A DNA stretch of 63,917 nucleotides, the filler included, from Sanchytrium tribonematis (taxonomy: Eukaryota): the NCBI GenBank assembly GCA_018985235.1. It is 11 parts of 11 records of this genome, joined end to end, with 100 filler letters (N's around TTAATTAATTAA, not from the genome) between each part and the next. Parts side by side here need not be neighbours in the genome. Positions count along the whole stretch, not along the records: positions 36,023 to 39,941 come from JADGIG010000780.1; positions 40,042 to 43,947 come from JADGIG010000781.1; positions 44,048 to 47,953 come from JADGIG010000782.1; positions 48,054 to 51,952 come from JADGIG010000783.1; 7 more parts are not named here. The stretch is one strand, 5' to 3'. The position numbers and the translations under genes were made by a program. Position 1 is the first letter of the stretch, and the number at the start of each line of letters is the position of its first letter. Shown in pieces: positions 37,580 to 48,300 of the stretch. The notes beneath the pieces are model-generated. The model was not told the DNA's origin and did no database searches. It saw only the letters and a program-made list of their open reading frames with translations.

Positions 37580-38371
37580 ATGGGGTTATTTTGGATTCTA
37601 TTGCACGCAGTAAATCTTCGTTCTGCTGCAAAAGTTAGTGCTGCTCTTCTGATATGTGCTCGTTCAACTAGTCGCGCGCTATCGACTTCAAATTCACAGC
37701 AACAAAATCCAATACAATCTTTCCATAAGCATAAAAAACGAGCTTTACCTTGGAAATTATGCGTAAAGTATGGTGGAGCAGCAGCTGCAGCTGTAGTAGG
37801 GATTTATTGCGGAAGAACATTTTTTCGCCACTTCACAGGCGGCAGTCCATCAATCTCCCCTCCTTCCACAGAACCAATATATAATAAGTGGCAAAGTGCT
37901 ATAAAAGAAGACAACATGAATAACTTCAAGGACGCATTAAAATCTCAAAATTTTGATCATGATTCCTTGATCAACTTGTTCAGGTTTATTGCTCAAAATG
38001 GCAAAATGGAATATATTACTGCAGCCAAACTAATCCTAGGTTTGACTGATCCTTTTTTATCAAGCATTTTTGATTCATTGGAAAAGCAACATCCAGTGTC
38101 TGCTTATCTTTTGCAGAGTGATAGGCCAGAATCAATAGATTGGAGTGCAATTAATGACGGCAATTTTTTGTTTGTTACGCAAGTTATTCTAAATGGATCT
38201 GAATACGAATTAGAATATCTTCTACAGCATTTCAAGAAAGCTGCTCCTATTACACATCAAGATCTGATAAATCTAAACGAGCAAATAGAATTAGAAACCG
38301 ATGAGCTAAGAAAGAAGGAATTACAATCCAAGTATTGTATTTTGGAGAAATTTTTGATTGATAATAAATGA
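37580..38371 (+). CDS. Hypothetical protein
   Basis: 263-aa ATG ORF in a gene-dense contig; no family recognised. Confidence 0.6.
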   Translation: MGLFWILLHAVNLRSAAKVSAALLICARSTSRALSTSNSQQQNPIQSFHKHKKRALPWKLCVKYGGAAAAAVVGIYCGRTFFRHFTGGSPSISPPSTEPIYNKWQSAIKEDNMNNFKDALKSQNFDHDSLINLFRFIAQNGKMEYITAAKLILGLTDPFLSSIFDSLEKQHPVSAYLLQSDRPESIDWSAINDGNFLFVTQVILNGSEYELEYLLQHFKKAAPITHQDLINLNEQIELETDELRKKELQSKYCILEKFLIDNK

Positions 38372-38852
38372 TTTCCCTCTCATTGGTCTTTCTAGTGTTT
38401 CACACGTGAATATTTATTGAAACAAATTGCCGATTTTTTGCATAAAAGAAAGCTGGACAGAATGGACAAATTATTAATTTTATTGATTATTTAAAATGCC
38501 TTTAATAGATTTGCAATCTCCAGATGTATTACTTTTTGATTTCAAAATGGGATGGAAGATTTGATAGACTATTGGATGCTGAATGGATTTGTAATTGTCA
38601 GTGTAATAGGAAAGAGTGGGTGCATTAGGTATATCTGACATTCGCTCTACTTTACATCTCGTACTAGTGAATTGTCTGCTTTTTTGATCTGCCATTTTAC
38701 AAATTAACGAAAGGAGGTTTGAGATTGATTCCGTGCAATGCGAATGACTGCATGATTTTAGCGTGACATACATGACCATGATGTTTTCAAATCGCCTAGT
38801 TCATTGGTCCTTTTCCATCTGCATCAAAAATATTAATTTCACGTCTTGAAAC

Positions 38853-39755
38853 ATGGATTTTCAACCGACTTCTCTCAAAGATCCCAGATACGATCAATCC
38901 ACATATATGGGTAGACTAAAGCATTTCTTGGAAATAACTGACTTGCGAAATCTATTTTACTCTAAAGAAGAACTAGAACATGCTAAAAATAAGGTTCTTT
39001 CTAATGAAACTAAATTTAGTGAAGAATTATGGCATTATGCTAAATTATATAAATCCAGTTTTCATCCAGACACAAATGAGTTGATTTTGGCACCATTTAG
39101 AATGTCCAGTTTCGTACCGACCAATTTCCCAGTTGTTTTATTAATGATGCTTCCAAACCCTTCCACATCATCTATTATATTCTCACAATGGTTAAATCAA
39201 AGTGTCAATGTGGGATTTAACTACTATAATGCCAACAAATCCACCATTTTGACTAATGAAGAAATCGCAACTGCGTATTCTGCTGCTGTTTTAACCAGTT
39301 GTGGAGTCGCTTTGGGATTAAATCAATTGTATAAATCTGGTAGATTGCCACGATTTTTCAACAAAATTGTCCCATTCATTGCTGTAGCAACAGCAGGAAC
39401 AGCCAATCTATACTTAATGAGAAGAAAGGAAACAATTAATGGTATTACTGTATATCACAAGTCAAAACCAATTGGGAAATCTAAAAAAGCAGCTGAATAT
39501 GCCATTGGACAAACTGCATTTAGCCGTGTAATTGCGACAATCCCTTCTATGATTCTTCCTCCCATTTTAATGGCTAAAACTCAATTGACTGGCATTAAAT
39601 ATCATGCAGTACATGCCGGTATTATTGGTATTTGCATGGGAATCGGTCTACCATTAGCCATATCACTATTTGATCAAACTGCTAAAATCAAAGGATCTTC
39701 TTTGGAACCCGAATTCCATCAATACAACAGTGTAGAATTTAATCGAGGATTATGA
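38853..39755 (+). CDS. FSF1: Sideroflexin (mitochondrial)
   Basis: PRYDQSTYMGRLKHF, HPDT, FRMSSFVP, QWLNQS.N...NY.NANKS and terminal FNRGL. Confidence 0.95.
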   Translation: MDFQPTSLKDPRYDQSTYMGRLKHFLEITDLRNLFYSKEELEHAKNKVLSNETKFSEELWHYAKLYKSSFHPDTNELILAPFRMSSFVPTNFPVVLLMMLPNPSTSSIIFSQWLNQSVNVGFNYYNANKSTILTNEEIATAYSAAVLTSCGVALGLNQLYKSGRLPRFFNKIVPFIAVATAGTANLYLMRRKETINGITVYHKSKPIGKSKKAAEYAIGQTAFSRVIATIPSMILPPILMAKTQLTGIKYHAVHAGIIGICMGIGLPLAISLFDQTAKIKGSSLEPEFHQYNSVEFNRGL

Positions 39756-40041
39756 TTTGTTGAATAAAAAGATTAAAATGACTCATTTATTCCATTAAAT
39801 CTTCAAATTGTTTTAAATTGGCCTTGTTTAGATATCCTACAATATTATGTTGTAGAAATATAAAGCAGTAATCATTGATTAATGATAAACTATAGACATC
39901 TGGATTGTCTAAATCCAAATACCATGTATTGAAAGATTCAANNNNNNNNNNNNNNNNNNNNNNNNNNNNNNNNNNNNNNNNNNNNTTAATTAATTAANNN
40001 NNNNNNNNNNNNNNNNNNNNNNNNNNNNNNNNNNNNNNNNN

Positions 40042-40771
40042 TGCAAGTATTTGCTGGGAGAGCATTATGTGTGGCACAACTAAGAAGAAGGTACAAATCT
40101 CCAATCTGAATAATATCTCTTGCGATAATATTATTGATGGTAAAAATGTTATTAGAAAGCCTCAGATATTGACACTATTAGACAATTATTTATTACTGGT
40201 CGGAAACGAAACAAAATTATTTGACATAATTTTAAATATTTCAAATACCACGATTTATTTAATACAGTGCCAATTTATGAAAAGAAAATTAAAGTCACAT
40301 TTTGAAGAAAGCTATGAAAAGTTCAAGACTATAAAAAATCAAATGTTAAAATTTGACTTGAATTGGAAATTTATTGCTTTTTCCACAGATTCTTTGAAGA
40401 TTAAAGATAATTCATTGTCATTTGATGATAAGTTTTTGTTTATCAATGGTTCGAAATGCGAATCTTTTATTGGTTTCAACTTAAGTAATATACTTCTTCT
40501 TTGTACCTCTGCCAATGGATATCACCCTGCCATGGTGGATTCTATTACCAGGCTTAAGCATAAATTTTCAAAAGAAACGGCAACAAAAGTGGTGGAAAAA
40601 AGAAATTTAATTTGGGATAAAGAACGACGAATAATCGACATAGGAGATTTAATGGGACTCAATTTCAAAAAAGATATAGAGAACCAATTATTCTTACAAA
40701 GCGAAGAATCAAGCTCAGAACCAGAGGATGACTACGAAAACGAAGTGAGTTCCATTTCAGAAAGCGATTAA
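40042..40771 (+). CDS. Hypothetical protein, 5'-truncated, with acidic tail
   Basis: Frame open from contig start to TAA at 40771; no family recognised. Confidence 0.6.
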
Positions 40772-40915
40772 AGATAATCTGAAATGCTTTGGTTTCTTAT
40801 TAATTTCACAGCCTTGAATAACTAATAACTAATAAATCGCTTTTTTGAAGTTTTCAAAAAATTGGAATAATATTAATAAATATTTTAAAAAAAAAGTGGT
40901 CAAATTCGATTTATT

Positions 40916-42017
40916 CTACATGACAATACGTGGTTCAGCAATGGTTTCACTAATGCCCTTGTGAGGTAATATTTTACCACCATTTACATATACTTCATCC
41001 TTGATTTGAACATCTTCACCCAAAACTGTAACATTCTCAAGTCTACACCAGCTACCCACACAACTAGACCACCCTATAATACTTTTTTCTACCCAAGCAA
41101 AATCCTTAATTTCAACTCCACTTAGTAAAACACAATTTTTTAATCTAACACCATCGCCAATAACAACGTTGGGGCCAATACTTACATTTGGACCAATTTT
41201 ACCTAAATTAAAGAATATTACAATTAGATCCGACAGATGCTGAGGCGTCCACTAAGACATTTCCACTAATATAGGACGCGGAAGACAATTCTGTTGGTGA
41301 ATTCTTTTGAATGGATTTGAGAAATAATCCTACGCCAGTCAGATAATCTTTTGGTTGACCAACATCCATCCAAAATCCCTCCAAATCCATAGCATGAAGC
41401 TGATGATCTTGAGCCATGTTAGGAAATACTTCCTTTTCAATAGAAGTTGGACGCAACTCAATACGTTTCAAAATCTGGGTATTAAACATGTAAAGTCCTG
41501 CATTAATCTTATTGGAAACATAAACTTGTGGTTTTTCAACAAATTTGTCAATGCATGTTGAATCTGGATGGTTCACCACCACACCATATTTACTAGGTTC
41601 CTCTACTTTAGTCACAATGATTGTGCCTTCTTTTCCGTGCGCCTTGTGAAATTTGACCATCTCTACAAATGGAAAATCACAAATAACATCGCTGTTTAAA
41701 ACAAAAAATGGAGAATCATCTTTCAATAAAATGTCTTCAGCTAATTTCAAAGGACCAGCAGTTCCCAATGGTTCTTTCTCAAGCGAGAAGTGGATATTGA
41801 TCTTAAGTCTAGCAGCGACTTCATCCATTTCTTGCTTCATTAGTTCGGGACGATAATTGACTGCTAAAATAATATCTGTGACGCCTACCTTCACCAAGGC
41901 TTCAATTTGATGCAAGATCATAGGCTTGTTGCAAAACTCGACTAATGGCTTAGGTTTAGATAATGTTAATGGACGTAAGCGAGTTCCAAATCCTCCAACT
42001 AAAATCAAAGCTTTCAT
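40916..42017 (-). CDS. PSA1: GDP-mannose pyrophosphorylase; exons 42017-41222 and 41202-40916 (360 aa)
   Basis: [18 protein letters not shown] and [10 protein letters not shown] motifs; after removing the intron the protein reads GSNCKIGPNV...ILPHK...IVM*. Confidence 0.96.
41203..41221 (-). other. 19-nt spliceosomal intron (GT-AG, phase 1) in PSA1
   Basis: GTAATATTCTTTAATTTAG; removal joins T+GT to give Cys and restores the hexapeptide-repeat domain. Confidence 0.9.
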
Positions 42018-42157
42018 TAAAGATGGTGTTTCAAAAATCTTTATCACGTTTTAAAGAGATGACTTTATCGCGCGTATGTGGCCTATGCGATGCTATTCTG
42101 ATAAAATGAATTACGAACTGGTGGTGAGAGATATTTACTGAAAAGATTAATTTAAAA

Positions 42158-42442
42158 TTATAAGCCTTGCTCTTTCACAGTAATATAGAGAAATAACATA
42201 CTAGTAGTACTTATTAAATACATCCAGCTTGGCATCATGACTTCGCTATCTGTTTTTTTAGCCATCATAAAAGCACGCAAGTTAAAAATCATTGCGACCA
42301 ATAAAAAATAGGGTTGCTTCGCAAATATCGAAATCATACTTGCGAACAAGGATATGACCGATGTCAAGTCTGGCTGCTCTTGGCCAACTTTTAGTCGGTA
42401 TAATTCTAGTGGGGATTTAGTAGCTTTCTGAACAGCAGACAT
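42158..42442 (-). CDS. Small membrane protein, Asterix/PAT10 (UPF0139)-like
   Basis: 94 aa; PD followed by three hydrophobic segments, with the layout of Asterix. Confidence 0.55.
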   Translation of the reverse strand: MSAVQKATKSPLELYRLKVGQEQPDLTSVISLFASMISIFAKQPYFLLVAMIFNLRAFMMAKKTDSEVMMPSWMYLISTTSMLFLYITVKEQGL

Positions 42443-42480
42443 GTTTCAAAACTTCTCCAATAAAGTATAAGGAATCAGAT

Positions 42481-43422
42481 TTAAATAATAAAATTTATTA
42501 ATATAAAGCTGATCACAGGATTATTAGTCGAAGCCAATCCTTGAACCAATGACTTATCACAGTCCGCATAAGATTCATTCGTCCATCCGTATCTCTTGTA
42601 ATCTGAAATTGTTTCTGGTAGTACGTCTGGTCTCCAATATAAGAAATCGTTTTTAAATACATAATGACTACATGGTGTGCATGTAAATGGCTTTGCATTG
42701 CCAGTTGCTGGATCAAATGCAGTGGATTTACAAAATTCACCACTTTCAACATGACAAAACTGATCTGTTGCTGATCCAATACCAGGCTCTGATGCGCTAC
42801 ATTTCGAGTGATAGTCTGCAGCATTATTGGTACAGTTATTGCACACATTTCCCAGAAAAGATGTATATTGGGCATCGTTTTTTGGAAACGGGTTGCTTTG
42901 TAAAAACACCAAGCCTGCATTCTGAACACATTGAAAATAATTAAAAGAAACTCTTTGGCAATCTGATAGACAGGTTATCATATCTATAACTGCCCATGAA
43001 TTCTTACCATTGATATGGCCATCTGGGAAAATAATTGGTGCATTTAATAAATAATTTGCAGCATAATTGTGGCATGGGTTTGAACAATCAAACGGTGTTT
43101 TTGCCTGATCAATTTCCAATGCGCAAAATTTGTTATCTTCTTGATGGCACGCTAAATCATATTCAAATGCATCGATATTCTTATTTGACAAATCATTGGA
43201 ACATTTTGACTTTAATGCGCTGTATTGCTTGCTACATCCAGTGCACCTTTTGTTCAATACATCTGCATCAAATTTTTGCTTACTGACATCTTGTTGAGCC
43301 ATACATAATTCAAGTTTTTGAAAGGCTTGTTTACATGCTTTGCTGATGGGTATATATTCCGATAGATTAATTGTCTCATTTTTAGCATTCACAAATGAAA
43401 ATATTATAGAGAAGAGCAGCAT
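42481..43422 (-). CDS. Secreted, possibly GPI-anchored Cys-rich protein with two internal repeats
   Basis: Signal peptide, two CxxC...C...CHxE..xC...FxC..C modules, and a hydrophobic C-terminus. Confidence 0.8.
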   Translation of the reverse strand: MLLFSIIFSFVNAKNETINLSEYIPISKACKQAFQKLELCMAQQDVSKQKFDADVLNKRCTGCSKQYSALKSKCSNDLSNKNIDAFEYDLACHQEDNKFCALEIDQAKTPFDCSNPCHNYAANYLLNAPIIFPDGHINGKNSWAVIDMITCLSDCQRVSFNYFQCVQNAGLVFLQSNPFPKNDAQYTSFLGNVCNNCTNNAADYHSKCSASEPGIGSATDQFCHVESGEFCKSTAFDPATGNAKPFTCTPCSHYVFKNDFLYWRPDVLPETISDYKRYGWTNESYADCDKSLVQGLASTNNPVISFILINFII

Positions 43423-43593
43423 GGATCTAGAAATTGGGTATCAAATTGATCAAATACCAAAGACGTAAAACGTCGCAAATTACACTGATTCTACCAAGGA
43501 GTTGGAAAAACAGAAGTGGAATGTTTTAATCTATTAGCGGTCTTTGAATGCATAATCAAGGTAAATTCTCCTTGAAAATTCTGAGTAAAATTC

Positions 43594-43947
43594 ATGCCAA
43601 TTTGCTTTACTTTAAACATCAACACGATACCCATACCAATGAAAATCATTGAATCAATAGCGACAGAAATAACAGACAATTCAATTTACATATCCTGGTC
43701 GGAATATGAATGGCTCGACAAACAATTTATGATATGCTTTCCTGCATCTGTTTATGATAAAGATTTCGAAGCATGGGAATTGCCTTTTGGACAAGAAGCT
43801 TCTCTGTGCCTGTTCTTTGACTCGCTTAATATCAAGCACCAGCTAGGAAAATATTGTGACTATGACGAATATTTTAATCTTGAACCATTTTATAAATGTA
43901 TGAGAATCAAGTTGTGTTCAGATCGATCCTTTTTAAAATCCTCAGAT
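43594..43947 (+). CDS. Hypothetical protein, 3'-truncated
   Basis: ATG ORF open to the linker; divergent from the gene starting at 43422. Confidence 0.5.
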
Positions 43948-44047
43948 NNNNNNNNNNNNNNNNNNNNNNNNNNNNNNNNNNNNNNNNNNNNTTAATTAAT
44001 TAANNNNNNNNNNNNNNNNNNNNNNNNNNNNNNNNNNNNNNNNNNNN

Positions 44048-45194
44048 TTAGAATAGCATTTTCATCCAATGGCAAATTAGGGAATTTTCGAATAAATCTT
44101 TCAAATAAATAAACTGGATATTTAGGAGCAATAAGTTGTTGTAAATATGACTTGGATTTACCATTTAAGATGGTTGGATCAAATTGATATTTGAATAAAT
44201 AAGCAATTATGTCGTATAATTGATAATCCAAGGCTGTTTGTACAATTGAATTACCCTGATTATTTATGAGATTTAAATTCAATCGAGGGTGTTTTTGAAG
44301 CAAGATTTGAGTAGATTCTAATTTTGTATCTTGATTAATGCGTGTGGCGTATAATAAATGCAATGGGGTGTTTAATTGACTATTTTGAGCATCACAGACT
44401 GAATTATCTACCAATTCAATCACAAGTTGCAATACATTTGGAGTGCGAATGGCAGAATGTATAATTGTATTTGATTTTTCATCTAATTGGTCGAAATCAT
44501 AGCCACGTGCAGATTGGAAATGAATGAATTCAGGGAGATATTCAGGATCATGTAGAATGCAGTCATGGATAATGGGATATGGATCAAATGCTGCAATCCA
44601 TTTTAAACCATTTAATTGCATGGCTTGTTTCCAAATGCGATTGAAGCTAAATCCAAAACTCAATAAATATTTTAATGTTTCTAATTTGTCATTTTGGACT
44701 AGATAATCGAAGCAACTTTGATAATCTGAGATACCTCTGTATTGAATGATGTTCATTCTAGCATAATGGTGTTTTGTATCTACATTTAACCATTTTCGTA
44801 GAAATGTTAAATCTGTGTAATGAAATGGATATTTGAATGATTTATCCGTAATATCTACTCTTGCTTCCATTTTTAAGAGTAAATAAATAGCAACAATGTT
44901 ATTTGACTTGACGGCAACGTGTAATGGCGTATCAGAAGTGGAAATTTGGAATAATTGAGTGTGGCTATTAATATCAATTTGAGGATGTTTTAATAGCAAT
45001 TGGAGGATTTCAATGGATTGACCTGCTACGGCATAATGTAATGGGGAATTTTGGAATATATCGAGTTGATTGACGTCGATATTGGGATTTTGTAATAATT
45101 GATGCACTCGATTGTAATTTTGATCTTTAACGCATTGAGTGAGTGAATGGCATTGGGATGTGGGTGATGCAAATAGTAATGGGATGAGCCACAT
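44048..45194 (-). CDS. Ankyrin-repeat protein with putative short signal peptide, 3'-truncated
   Basis: SPLHYAV, TPLHVAV and TPLHLL ankyrin repeats; N-terminus MWLIPLLFASP. Confidence 0.85.
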
Positions 45195-45424
45195 TTGAGT
45201 GGAAATGGGATGTGATTTTTTTAAAATAGATGGATTTCAGGGAATTGTTAATTGATGGCGTGATATGAGATGATATTTCACAATATTCATATCCACGGCA
45301 TCATGGGATTGCAAAGAATGACATCATAATATATTTTGTGATTTGTTAAACTCATCTGGAAAGAAGCATTTCTCGATTCATCTCCATGTTTTAATAAAAT
45401 TGCAAATTCCCACTTCAAAATCAT

Positions 45425-45560
45425 TTATTTACCCTTTGATTTCTTTGGCTTATTAAATGAAGGAGATTGCGCATATTCACAATCTGCCAATTCATGAGCC
45501 TATTCCGTAATACTAATCTTTTTTGCTTTTAAGAGTGCATCTGTTTGAGGCATCCAAATG
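45425..45560 (-). pseudogene. Degenerate tandem paralog of the 45588-45779 peptide
   Basis: ITE*AHELADCEYAQSPSFNKPKKSKGK* versus IDEEHKIADCEYEHSPAYNPPEGSK; in-frame TAG and no signal peptide. Confidence 0.65.
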
Positions 45561-45587
45561 AATTGGCGTCTCTTTTGAAATTCAAAA

Positions 45588-45779
45588 TCATTTACTATAT
45601 TTTGAACCCTCTGGTGGGTTGTAAGCAGGAGAATGTTCATATTCACAATCTGCAATTTTGTGCTCTTCATCAATTACATTGATAATTCCAAGTTTAACTT
45701 GTTCTTCCATGACTTGTTGACAAGTTTGTCCGTTTACTGAGAATGGGATCGCAAAGAATATTGTGAATAACGATAGCAT
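45588..45779 (-). CDS. Small secreted peptide (63 aa, 2 Cys)
   Basis: Signal-like MLSLFTIFFAIP; paralogous copy downstream; upstream motif shared with the 46014-46181 gene. Confidence 0.7.
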   Translation of the reverse strand: MLSLFTIFFAIPFSVNGQTCQQVMEEQVKLGIINVIDEEHKIADCEYEHSPAYNPPEGSKYSK

Positions 45780-46013
45780 GATTAAAAAGTTATTATCTGC
45801 TTAAATAAACAGACAATTTATTGCCATTAGTTGGAGCAAATGACCCATTTTATGTCATTGGTTCAGAAATTGAGAATTATTAGATTTATATTTGCTGATA
45901 TTACAAAGTTACTGAATGAAATATGACTGCAAAATAGTGGTAAATTGTTTGAAAGTTGCTATCATTTGAACTGAATGTGGGAATGATTGAAATTAATATT
46001 CATTTTTCAAAGT

Positions 46014-46181
46014 TCATTTATTTTTACCTTTTTTTGGATTCTTTTTTGCTTTTGCCTGATCTGCCAAACATTGGCGAATAAATTGGTCATATCCTGGTGA
46101 ACCCATTGGATTGTTGCCCCTCAATTTAGCGTATTGTTCTTGACAAGAAGCTGCAGAATAAAGAACTACGTAAAACAACAT
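46014..46181 (-). CDS. Small secreted peptide (55 aa, 2 Cys, Lys-rich tail), below the ORF-track cutoff
   Basis: MLFYVVLYSAASCQEQYAKLRGNNPMGSPGYDQFIRQCLADQAKAKKNPKKGKNK*. Confidence 0.65.
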   Translation of the reverse strand: MLFYVVLYSAASCQEQYAKLRGNNPMGSPGYDQFIRQCLADQAKAKKNPKKGKNK

Positions 46182-46321
46182 TGTCAATGAAGCAAATGAT
46201 GCTTAAATAAATGACCAATATATTTCAATTGGATGATTCGCAATTTGCGGGATTAGACCAAAGGCCGCTATGTCACAAGTACTCACAAGGGAAAATCAAA
46301 TTTATTTATTTTTTAAAAAGT

Positions 46322-46984
46322 TCATTTCAAGGGCGTTTTACAAGCTCTATCTAACGAATTTGCCATTTCGAATGTTGATGGCAACTTGCAATTTGCATAA
46401 AAATCTGTATCACAAGATCCGCAAGTATTTTGAATCCCAGGTGTAAATGGAGATGGCGGAGATCCAGCACTTTGACCATTTGGATTCTGACTAGTCAAAC
46501 AAATGTAAAAGTTCCATGTTGATTTCACACATCCTGTATTGATGCATGAGACCATGTCATCTAATAACCATAAATCCGTGTTAATTCCAACCGCTTTAGA
46601 CGTTTTAGAATATTCGAATCCGGTGCTAAATTCTTCATTTAAAATATAATTTGCTGCATATTTGTGACATGGGTTTTTGCAATTGAATACGCCTTTAGTC
46701 TCATTTACTTGTCTGTTGCAATAAACACCCTTTTCTTGATGACATGACATATCACTCGCAATTAAATTCAAATTAAATGCTTTTAATTCGGTTTTGCATT
46801 TGGATTTGAATGTCGTGTATTTGGATGCACATTGAGTACATTTGTATTTATCATATTTGTTGGATGAATATTTGGATAAACACTTGTACAATGCAATATT
46901 TGCATCGGAACATTCTTGTGAGATGGATTTAATTGGATCTTCAGGAATCAATGTCCATAGAGCAGAGAGTGTAGTGAATAACAT
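46322..46984 (-). CDS. Secreted Cys-rich protein, paralog of 42481-43422
   Basis: Shares KSKC, D..CHQE...C, F.C.NPCH.YAANY.LN and W...DM..C with the paralog. Confidence 0.8.
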   Translation of the reverse strand: MLFTTLSALWTLIPEDPIKSISQECSDANIALYKCLSKYSSNKYDKYKCTQCASKYTTFKSKCKTELKAFNLNLIASDMSCHQEKGVYCNRQVNETKGVFNCKNPCHKYAANYILNEEFSTGFEYSKTSKAVGINTDLWLLDDMVSCINTGCVKSTWNFYICLTSQNPNGQSAGSPPSPFTPGIQNTCGSCDTDFYANCKLPSTFEMANSLDRACKTPLK

Positions 46985-47196
46985 TTGGAAATGTTAGCAA
47001 TTTGGGTTTTAAATAGACAAATGAAACTTGTACCAATTGAATTAAAGCTTGCTGTCTGAATTTAATTAATTTTGATTGCAAGTGCAAAATGGATGCTTGT
47101 TGGACTCATTGAATAATTTCAAGTAGCGGATCTAATGTCAAAAACGAAATAAACAATTACTAGGTTATATAATCTTTAAAATTTGATAATAATGAA

Positions 47197-47268
47197 TCCG
47201 TTATGGTCCAGTGGTTAGGATATTCGCCTCTCACGTGAATGGCCGGGGTTCGATTCCCCGTAACGGAG
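47197..47268 (+). tRNA. tRNA-Glu(CTC)
   Basis: Cloverleaf with acceptor TCCGTTA/TAACGGA, anticodon arm TTCGC-CT CTC AC-GTGAA and T-arm CGGGG-TTCGATT-CCCCG; followed by a T5 Pol III terminator; no encoded CCA. Confidence 0.96.
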
Positions 47269-47384
47269 TTTTTGTTTTTAATTTCTTTATTGAATGGCTA
47301 ATATAGTAATATTGCACTTACCAAAGCCAAAGTGTTAGTTAGATTTCGAACTTGTTATGCATTTTTAAGCTATCTCCCTCAAAC

Positions 47385-47953
47385 ATGAAAATCATTTTTA
47401 TTCATCCCAATTTGGGACTGGGTGGCGCAGAGCAATTAATTGTTCAATTAGCCAATGGATTATCTGCTAATCATGAGATTATAATCTATACCAATTATTT
47501 CAATCCAAATCGATGTTTTCCAGAATGTCAAAATTTAAAAATCATTTCTAAATTTGACTGGATTCCATCTCATATCTTCAACAAGGGATATATTCTATTC
47601 GCATGGATCAAATTCATATTGTTATCCATTTATATCTTATTATTTGAGAAATGCGATTTATATTTTGTAGATCAAATTTCAATTTCAATCCCAATTTTGC
47701 AATTATTTCATCCAGTGTATTTTTATTGTCATTATCCTGATTTATTATTGACTAGGCGCGATCATTTGTTAAAAATGATTTACAGATGGCCATTTGATCA
47801 ATTAGAGCGTATTTCTACATATATGGCATTTAAAGTATTTGTAAATAGCCAATACACCAGTCAAATTTATAAAAATACATTTGGAAGCAAGAATATTCAA
47901 GTATTATATCCAGGGACAGAATATATCAAATATACTGGAAATGAATTATTTGC
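47385..47953 (+). CDS. ALG2: Alpha-1,3/1,6-mannosyltransferase, 3'-truncated
   Basis: FIHPNLGLGGAEQL, CF.E, FYCHYPD.LL, YR.PFD.LE, VNS..T and VLYPG motifs. Confidence 0.93.
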
Positions 47954-48053
47954 NNNNNNNNNNNNNNNNNNNNNNNNNNNNNNNNNNNNNNNNNNNNTTA
48001 ATTAATTAANNNNNNNNNNNNNNNNNNNNNNNNNNNNNNNNNNNNNNNNNNNN

Positions 48054-48143
48054 CAACTCCTCTTCATTATTCAGTGTATTTTGGGATGGAAGTGTGGACA
48101 TAGGGCGGCTCTGTTGAAATTGATTCGAGCGATCTCTTGCCAT
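48054..48143 (-). CDS. N-terminal fragment, possibly a syntaxin
   Basis: MARDRSNQF... resembles the syntaxin N-peptide (RDR..EF); runs off the contig. Confidence 0.35.
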
Positions 48144-48300
48144 TGAAGTTCCAAATGCTTGTGATGTTTTAAATCAATTTGTGATCAATTTGATTGGCAC
48201 AATACTCAATCATTGATTGGGTTGTAAGTAATCACAAACTAGAGCATTGATTTCATGCTAATATTTTACCTTCAAAATTATAAGGCTGAAACATTGATCC

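Noticed and set aside
38480..38779. Minus-strand 99-aa ORF between two genes
   Set aside because: It may be real, but there is no motif or homology evidence to support a call.
45564..45595. Intron joining the 63-aa peptide to its downstream duplicate
   Set aside because: The available GT..AG choices do not enter the duplicate's frame, which also contains a TAG.
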